From an uncultured Chloroflexia bacterium (lineage in GTDB: Bacteria > Chloroflexota > Anaerolineae > B4-G1 > SLSP01): a stretch of 64,000 nt of DNA. The translations under genes were made by a program, and so were the position numbers. The stretch lies in contig CAVVUS010000018.1 of the NCBI GenBank assembly GCA_963751345.1, positions 289,366 through 353,365 of the forward strand, written 5' to 3'. This document shows, piece after piece, positions 57,337-64,000 of the stretch (positions within the stretch are counted from its first letter, which is position 1; each line of letters begins with the position of its first letter). The notes under the pieces are model-generated. The model had not been told where the DNA came from. It was given only the letters and a program-made list of their open reading frames with translations, and did not search any database.

Positions 57337-58548
57337 ATGGAAATCACGCAACTGGAGCAGATGATCCGCTGGTTGGATGAGGAGCGCAAGCGCGACAAGG
57401 CACAAATCGCGACGCTGCAAGAGCGCATCGAACAGCAGATTCAAACGCTGCAGACTCAGGCAAAGGAAATCGACCAGCTTCGTCAGAGTCTGGTGACGGT
57501 TCAGACGGACATCCGCCGCACCGACGATTACCCTAGCATGATCGAGACAACGCAAAGAGACTTGAGTGCCAGTATCGAGTCGCTGAAGGTTCAGGTGCGC
57601 CGTGAGCGGCTGGAGGCGGATCAGACGCGCCGGGGAGAGATCGAGATGGTCAATGACATGATCGCCGATCTGGACAAGCGCCTTCGCCCTATGGCACGCT
57701 ATGAGGAACAACTGGAGGCGCGGGCTGCCGGTGAGCAGCGTCTGCAAGGGCAAATCCAGACGACTGCGAATACGCTCGCGGATCTGGGTAAGCGCACGGA
57801 GGACCGCCTGCAGTCCATCGTCTACCTCGAAGAGCAGCGTCGTGCCGACACCCGGCGGATCTCTGAAGTGGAGGGTGAGTTGCCGGGGCTGCGCAAGCGT
57901 ATCGATGAATCGGCCGCCAGATTCGTGCGCCTCGAGGATAACATCCGCAAACTACCTGCCCGCGTTGACGAGGCAATTGAGATCGCCAAGTCCTACGATC
58001 CCCGGATTGAGGCGCTGCGCGTGGCTGACTTTCAGCGCGAACAGCGGGTCAAGAAGTACTTGGAACAGGCTGAGCAGGTGGAGGGCGAAGTCCAGCGCCT
58101 CGTCGAGCAGACCCAGAAGTACGCCTTGCTCTACAACCAGAACAAGCAAGCATTGGATGGGCTGGGCGCCTTCGAAGAGCGGTTGGAAAAACGTCAGAAC
58201 GAGATGTCGGAGATGCAGCGTCTGACCGAGGAACGTCTGCTCCGCCAGTGGGAGGAATGGCAGACGACCTTCGCCCGCGACTGGCAGAAGCGGATGGTCA
58301 CCGAGGAGGATCGTTGGCGCCGCCAGGACCTGGCCAACCAGCGGGCCCAGGAGCAAGTGACCGAGCTAGAAGAGCAATTAGTGCTTCACTACCAGGAGCT
58401 TGTGGCTCTGTGGGAGGAACTGCTAGCCAACGTAGATCGATGGAACCGCACGTTACAGGATGCTGTGAAGCCCAACCAGGCGATGCCCGCTGATCATCTC
58501 AAGGACCTACGGCGCTATGCAGAGGAGAAGCACAAGCAGTTGCTCTAG
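57337..58548 (+). CDS. Long coiled-coil protein of unknown function
   Basis: About 400 aa of E/Q/R/L heptads, no TM; WLDEERKRDK N-terminal motif; GGAGGTGAGG RBS and TATAAT upstream. Confidence 0.8.
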   Translation: MEITQLEQMIRWLDEERKRDKAQIATLQERIEQQIQTLQTQAKEIDQLRQSLVTVQTDIRRTDDYPSMIETTQRDLSASIESLKVQVRRERLEADQTRRGEIEMVNDMIADLDKRLRPMARYEEQLEARAAGEQRLQGQIQTTANTLADLGKRTEDRLQSIVYLEEQRRADTRRISEVEGELPGLRKRIDESAARFVRLEDNIRKLPARVDEAIEIAKSYDPRIEALRVADFQREQRVKKYLEQAEQVEGEVQRLVEQTQKYALLYNQNKQALDGLGAFEERLEKRQNEMSEMQRLTEERLLRQWEEWQTTFARDWQKRMVTEEDRWRRQDLANQRAQEQVTELEEQLVLHYQELVALWEELLANVDRWNRTLQDAVKPNQAMPADHLKDLRRYAEEKHKQLL

Positions 58549-58573
58549 CGATCCAGGGCTGCAGGGATTATGC

Positions 58574-58620
58574 CAGACTGCCCCGACCGCACCGGTTTTC
58601 GGTGCGGTCGGGGCAGTCTG
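58574..58620. terminator. Long hairpin between convergent genes (bidirectional terminator)
   Basis: 21-bp perfect stem CAGACTGCCCCGACCGCACCG/CGGTGCGGTCGGGGCAGTCTG. Confidence 0.78.
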
Positions 58621-58626
58621 ATGCCA

Positions 58627-60205
58627 TCAAGATAACTCCTGCCAGACGCCCCCCACCATCACGCGTTCGACGCGTGTCTCCAGCAGCGCCTCTGGCGAGA
58701 GTCTGAAAATGTCGCGATCCAGCACTGCGAGGTCCGCATGGTAGCCCGGAGTCAGCAACCCCAGCCGCTGCTCGAGGCCGGCTGCATAGGCAGCCCCCAT
58801 CGTGAAAGCGTGCAGTGCTTCGATCAGCGTCAATCGCTGCTCAGGGTGCCAGCCTGTGGGACCGGGCTCCCCATTCACCTCTGATCGGCGTGTGATCGAC
58901 GCGTAGAGGCCCAGGAAAGGATCGAAGACCTCGATGGGAGCATCGGAGCCAAAGGCCAATCGCGCACCCGCCGTTTGGATGGATCGCCACGCGTAGGCAT
59001 CTCCGCTGCGCGCTCCCCAGTAGCGGTCCGCCATCTTCATGTCGTGGATCGCGTGGGTAGGCTGCATGGAGGCGATGAAGCCGTTGCGGGCGAGACGTCT
59101 CTGATCCTCCTTGGTGATCAATTGCACGTGTTCGACTCGATGCCGGAGGGCGGGGTCGATATCCCGGACGGCTTCGAGCACATCGATGACAAGATGGTTG
59201 GTGCGGTCCCCGATGGCATGAATAGCGAGGGCTATCCCGTTGGCAGCAGCGCGCCGTGCGACTTCTCTCAGATGGTCCGGCTCCAGGGTAAGAAGCCCGA
59301 CGTTGTTGGGCTCCTCCTCGTAGGGCGCGAACATGGCGGCAGTGCGAGATCCCAGGGCCCCGTCGGCGAATAACTTGAGGCCGCCGAACCGCAGCATGTC
59401 ATCTCCAAAGCCGCTGCGGAGTCCGGCGTCGATGATCGCGTCGAGGACCTCGATACGAACGTACTTGACGATGCGGACGCGCTGCCGCCCCTGCCGTCTG
59501 AGCTCCTGTTCGGCAGCAAAGGCCGGACTACCGTCGACGTCGTGGACGCCCGTGATTCCCATTGCCAGGAGATCGCGTTGCGCCTCATCGAGCAGGTCGA
59601 CGAGGGTGTTGAAGTCGAGTTCCGGCCTCGCGCGGCTGACAAGGCCGATGGCATCCTCGAAGAAGACGCCTGTCGGCCGGCCTCGCTCATCGCGCCCGAT
59701 CCTGCCGTGGGTCGGGTCCGGCGTAGTTGCGGTGATTCCCGCCGCGGCCATTGCCGCGCTGTTGGCGATCAGTGCGTGGCCGTTCTTGGCGTTGAGCGCC
59801 ACCGGGTGGTCGGGAGCAGCTCGGTCCAGTTCGGCGGCTGTGGGAAAGCTCGTGTCATCCCAGATGTTCTGGTCCCAACCGCGACCCGTGACCCAGGTGC
59901 CCGGCGGAAGATCGCGGGCCCTTTCAGTCAGTTTCTCCATTGTCTCAGCTCGGCTGTAATCACGGAGATCGAGTTCGCGCCGGCCTCGCGCGTACCACAT
60001 CAGATGGATATGTGCATCGGTGATGCCGGGGATGATCAGGGCCCCACCCATATCCTCCATTGTGACGCCGGGCGCTTCCCGCCAATCCGCGCGCTGCTTG
60101 ATCCAGTGCGAGGATGTTGCCATCAACGATGGCGAGCTCGTGCGCCCAGGGATGGCCGGTCACACCGGTGTAAATGCGGGCGTTGTGCAGGATGTGAACA
60201 TTCAT
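58627..60205 (-). CDS. YtcJ-like metal-dependent amidohydrolase, +1 frameshift near 60090
   Basis: N-terminus ILHNARIYT..AIVDGNI in one frame; PGITDAHIH, KLFADGALGSRTA, HAIGD, RHRVEH, FGSDAP in the next. Confidence 0.88.
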
Positions 60206-61569
60206 TGGGCGACGGCCACCTTGTCGTGAGGTATGGGCATGCCAAGCTTGACGACTGTGGCTTTCCCGACGAGACGGTCCGTCGCGTTGCAGGTGTCAAC
60301 CACGATCGCTGCTTCGTCGAGGATCTGTGTGTAGTCGACGCTGTGGTGCCCGGTGATGATCACGGCCACATCACACGCGGCCAGCGCCTCCTCGGTCAGC
60401 GGTTCCGACTGTAGTTCGGTTAGTGGCTTGTAGAAGACGTTGCCCCCCACCTTGAAGCTGGGAATAAGGGGATCGTGATAGACGACACTGGCCCCGCGTC
60501 CAAAAAGCAGCTCGATCACACGCTCGGCAGGGCTGTTGCGCGCATCGCTAATGTCGGGTTTGAAGGCCACCCCGAGCACGAGCACGCGGGCGCCGTGGAG
60601 GGACTTGCCTGCGATGCCCAGGCCCTGGACGACGAGTTCCACCACGTGGTACGGCATCGCTTCGTTAGTTTCCGCGGCCAGCTCGATGAAACGGGTGTAG
60701 AAATCGTATTCGCGGGCTTTCCACAGCAGATAGTACGGGTCGATAGGAATGCAGTGCCCGCCGACGCCAGGGCCCGGCCGGAAGGGCATAAACCCAAACG
60801 GCTTGGTCTTGGCGGCGTCGATGACCTCCCAGAAGTCGATGCCCATTCTCTCCGCCAGCAGCGCAATCTCGTTCACCAGGGCAATATTGACGGCCCGGAA
60901 GGTGTTCTCGAGCAGTTTTGTCAGCTCTGCTGCAGCGGGTGACGAGACCTCGTGCACCGGTGCCCCCATCTGCCGAAGAAGAGATGCAGCCAGCTCCGTC
61001 GCCTCGGGCGTCAGCCCACCGACGACTTTGGGCGTGTTGTACGCGCTCCACTTGGGGTTGCCGGGATCAATTCGCTCGGGTGAGAACGCCAGATAGAAGT
61101 CTGACGCAGCGCTCAGACCGCTCTGCGACTCCAGGATCGGCTGCACCACCTCTGTGGTGGTGCCGGGGTAAGTTGTGGACTGCAACACCACCAATTGCTC
61201 CGCGTGAAGGCGAGGCGCGATGCTTTCTGTGGCCGAGATGATGTAGCTGAGATCTGGCGCGCGTTGTACGGTGTAGGGGGTCGGCACACAGATGAAGACC
61301 GCATCACAAGTGTCGAAGGCGGCGTAGTCGGTTGTGGCGTGAAGTCGGCCGGACCGCACATAGGGTGCCAGTTCGTCGGACGTCACGTCCTCAATGTAGC
61401 TCTGTCCCACATTGAGAGCGTCGGCCCTGTCCTGGCTGATCTCGAGGCCCACCGTCTTGAAGCCTGCTTTGGCAAAGGCTAGTGCCAGTGGGAGTCCCAC
61501 ATAGCCCAGGCCGATAATGGCGACCTGTGCCGTACGAGTGGTGATCTTGTTGCGCAATTCAGAGACCAT
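60202..61569 (-). CDS. Nucleotide-sugar 6-dehydrogenase (UDP-GlcNAc/ManNAc dehydrogenase, WbpA/WecC-like)
   Basis: IGLGYVGLP, ICVPTP, STTYPGTT, FSPERIDPG, KLLENTFR, GPGVGGHCIP, GVAFKP. Confidence 0.94.
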   Translation of the reverse strand: MVSELRNKITTRTAQVAIIGLGYVGLPLALAFAKAGFKTVGLEISQDRADALNVGQSYIEDVTSDELAPYVRSGRLHATTDYAAFDTCDAVFICVPTPYTVQRAPDLSYIISATESIAPRLHAEQLVVLQSTTYPGTTTEVVQPILESQSGLSAASDFYLAFSPERIDPGNPKWSAYNTPKVVGGLTPEATELAASLLRQMGAPVHEVSSPAAAELTKLLENTFRAVNIALVNEIALLAERMGIDFWEVIDAAKTKPFGFMPFRPGPGVGGHCIPIDPYYLLWKAREYDFYTRFIELAAETNEAMPYHVVELVVQGLGIAGKSLHGARVLVLGVAFKPDISDARNSPAERVIELLFGRGASVVYHDPLIPSFKVGGNVFYKPLTELQSEPLTEEALAACDVAVIITGHHSVDYTQILDEAAIVVDTCNATDRLVGKATVVKLGMPIPHDKVAVAQ

Positions 61570-61610
61570 GACATCAGTCCTTGTGATCTGCGATAATGAC
61601 GTTGGGGTGT

Positions 61611-62597
61611 CTATGAGCGCGTAACGCCGCGTTGTCGGGCCAGAAGATCGAGACGGCTCTCGACCTCGTACCAACTGATCTCGGAGAGGCCGAGTTTTCG
61701 CCGGAGAGCGTCGGAGTCCATGCCCTCGATGAAGTCATGGAGTGCGCAGGTCCAGCGCAAGATCTCAAAGGTGACGTGTGCGACTCCCGCGCTCTCCGCG
61801 ACGCCGGTGAGGACGTATTCCAGGTTGCGTCCGGTCCAGGGGAAAAGCAATTGTCTCGTCGGATACTGAACGAGGTATTCGTCCAGCACCGTGGGCCACG
61901 AGACCGGCAGAGGGATTCGGCGCTCCTTGTGGCGGCGGCTCGCGTTCTTATAGCGAATCCACAGCGCTGGGTGCTCAGGATCGACGAGGTCCAGGTGGTT
62001 GAGGTGTATGTTGACACACTCACTTTTCTTGATGCCGGTATTCAGGACCAGCGTCAGCACCGCGTGGGGGCGTGCATCGGGTTCGCTGTGCTCGTCTCCC
62101 TGCCGCAGGCCTTGGGTGACCTTGAGGAGAGCCGCGATCTCCTCATCGGCCAACGTCTCGGGAAGTGGCGCTGAGACTGCGCGGTGGATGAGAGGAGCTG
62201 CCATATCGCGTGACAGAAATTCTTCTTCGGCCAGCCAGCCGAAGAAGACCTTGAGAGTAGTGATCCTGCGCTCCATCGTTTTGGGGCTGCATGGAATACC
62301 GCGACCGTTGTCCATCCATCGCAGGAAAGCGTTTAGGGTCGCGGTGCCGATATCCCCGATGGCGGTACCCGGTCCGAGGTAATCATTGAGCAACTGCATA
62401 TCCAGTCTGAATGCCTGTTGGGTGTTTTCGGTGAACCCGCGCTCAGCCATATACCTCTCAAACGCCCCCATCGCCTGGTCGAGAGAGGCGTCCGGCGCGA
62501 GCTGCACCCTGGACGACGGATTTGAGCGGCCCTGATCGGTCGTATCGACAGGGAAGAGCGGTAGCTGCAGCGCTTGCGAGTCCTGATTCTCTGACAT
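61611..62597 (-). CDS. Tyrosine recombinase (Xer/integrase)-like protein with degenerate active site
   Basis: Core-binding domain (ENTQQAFRLD, SPKTMERRITTLKVFFGWL); catalytic boxes altered: TGIKKSE, TFEILRWT, LGLSEISW. Confidence 0.85.
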   Translation of the reverse strand: MSENQDSQALQLPLFPVDTTDQGRSNPSSRVQLAPDASLDQAMGAFERYMAERGFTENTQQAFRLDMQLLNDYLGPGTAIGDIGTATLNAFLRWMDNGRGIPCSPKTMERRITTLKVFFGWLAEEEFLSRDMAAPLIHRAVSAPLPETLADEEIAALLKVTQGLRQGDEHSEPDARPHAVLTLVLNTGIKKSECVNIHLNHLDLVDPEHPALWIRYKNASRRHKERRIPLPVSWPTVLDEYLVQYPTRQLLFPWTGRNLEYVLTGVAESAGVAHVTFEILRWTCALHDFIEGMDSDALRRKLGLSEISWYEVESRLDLLARQRGVTRS

Positions 62598-62766
62598 ACG
62601 ATTAGCCTTCTATTGCGCTCATACCATCCATACGCTCAACTGACCCGCCTCATTATAACCGGCCCACAACAAAATCAAATAGACGGGATCAGTATTGCTG
62701 ACGAGTCTCTACTTTATTTGTGCTATAATTGGGCCCTGGAGTGGATATCACGGTAGGAGGAAAGTA

Positions 62767-63996
62767 ATGCCATTGGATGTGCCAGCGATCCGAGCTGAGT
62801 TCCCAATCTTTCGACGAAAGATCAACGGTAAGCGCTTGGTCTTTCTCGATAGCGCCGCCAGCGCTCAGAAGCCACAGGCTGTGATCGACGCGATGGTCCA
62901 TATGTGGACCCACAACTACGCGAATGTACACCGTGGCCTGTATACGCTTGCCGAGGAAGCCACCGAGGCGTACGAAGCTACCCGGGTCAAGGTCGCGCGT
63001 TTTATCAATGCCGCCGACCCTGCGGAGATCATCAATGTGCGTAACGCGACAGAGGCGATCAATCTGCTCGCGTATAGTTGGGGTGAAACGAATATCCGCG
63101 CCGGAGATCGGATCGTGATCACGGAGCTGGAGCATCACGCGAATCTCGTGCCCTGGCAACAACTGGCCAAGCGAAAGGGCGCAGAGTTGGCTTACATTCC
63201 GGTGACTGATGAGGGGCTCCTGGATTTGGAAGCCCTGCCACCGCTTCTGGCGGACGGTCACACGAAGCTTGTGGCTTGTTCGGTCATGTCCAACGTGCTG
63301 GGTACGCTCCCACCCGTCACGCAGATTGCCGAGATGGCGCACGCGGCAGGCGCTGTGGTGGTGATGGATGGCGCACAGGCGGTCCCGCACGGCCCCATCG
63401 ACGTCCAGGCGCTCGGCGCCGACTTCCTGGCGTTCTCCGGGCATAAGATGTGTGGCCCCGGGGTGGGCATTCTCTGGGGACGCCGCGAGCTCCTGGAGGA
63501 GATGCCCCCCTTCCTCTACGGGGGGGATATGATTCTGAGCGTGAAGCGCGAGGACTCGCGGTGGAATGAGCTGCCCTACAAGTTTGAGGCCGGGACCCCC
63601 GCCATCGCAGAGGTGGTCGGACTGGGTGCCGCTGTCGATTTCCTCTCTGAGATAGGAATGGAGGCGATTCACGAACACGGGCAAAGGGTGATTGCCTACG
63701 CCCTAGATCGACTGCAGGAGGTGCCAGGGCTCAAGGTCATCGGTCCCGGTCCCACGCAGCGTGGCGCAGTGGCAGCTTTTTCCCTGCCGGCTGCGCACCC
63801 TCACGACATCGCGGCTTTGTTGGATGAGGACGGCATCTGTGTACGCGCAGGGCATCACTGTGCGCAGCCGCTGCACGATAGATTCTGCATCCCCGCCAGT
63901 GCCCGGGCGAGTTTTTACATCTACAACGATGAGGACGACGTCGATGCCCTGGTGACGTCACTGCATAAAGTCGTGCGTCTACTGGGGCGGCGCTAA
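62767..63996 (+). CDS. sufS: Cysteine desulfurase, SufS class
   Basis: FLDSAASAQKP, ANVHRG, EHHANLVPW, DGAQ, FSGHKM, FEAGTP, VRAGHHCAQP. Confidence 0.95.
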   Translation: MPLDVPAIRAEFPIFRRKINGKRLVFLDSAASAQKPQAVIDAMVHMWTHNYANVHRGLYTLAEEATEAYEATRVKVARFINAADPAEIINVRNATEAINLLAYSWGETNIRAGDRIVITELEHHANLVPWQQLAKRKGAELAYIPVTDEGLLDLEALPPLLADGHTKLVACSVMSNVLGTLPPVTQIAEMAHAAGAVVVMDGAQAVPHGPIDVQALGADFLAFSGHKMCGPGVGILWGRRELLEEMPPFLYGGDMILSVKREDSRWNELPYKFEAGTPAIAEVVGLGAAVDFLSEIGMEAIHEHGQRVIAYALDRLQEVPGLKVIGPGPTQRGAVAAFSLPAAHPHDIAALLDEDGICVRAGHHCAQPLHDRFCIPASARASFYIYNDEDDVDALVTSLHKVVRLLGRR

Positions 63997-64000
63997 TCTA

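Noticed and set aside
61611-62597. Integrase marking a prophage or genomic island boundary
   Set aside because: Catalytic residues are lost, there is no att/tRNA or phage cargo, and the flanks are housekeeping genes.

Overview
GC-rich bacterial chromosome segment. It is most consistent with Chloroflexota (Anaerolineae-like), inferred from a C-terminal (F/Y)LPLI sorting motif, a GlyA-GcvT fusion, a YfhO-flippase fusion and a roadblock-V4R-REC operon. It holds about 50 CDSs and a core translation cluster (tRNA-Thr/Tyr/Thr/Trp-secE-nusG-rplKAJL with L1 and L10 leader elements, but no tRNA-Gly, tuf, rpmG or adjacent rpoBC). It also carries a sugar-acid/aldehyde catabolic patch, a glycerol utilisation block, surface-glycan genes, a heterodimeric ABC exporter, ComM and SufS. 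I see no CRISPR array, rRNA, transposase or prophage. Seven genes are broken by single-base indels that look like long-read errors. Best leads: (1) two sulfatase-fold enzymes with Thr (TxPxR) rather than Cys/Ser at the formylglycine position, directly downstream of a glycerol kinase/G3P-dehydrogenase block; (2) a tyrosine-recombinase homologue lacking most catalytic residues and heading a metabolic operon; (3) a GTPase-less roadblock/V4R/degenerate-GGDEF operon; (4) a three-part SHMT-GcvT fusion with an active-site loop insertion; (5) a candidate attenuator upstream of the ABC exporter; (6) REP-like palindromes, some absorbed in-frame into proteins. All family calls come from reading motifs by eye; no database searches were run.
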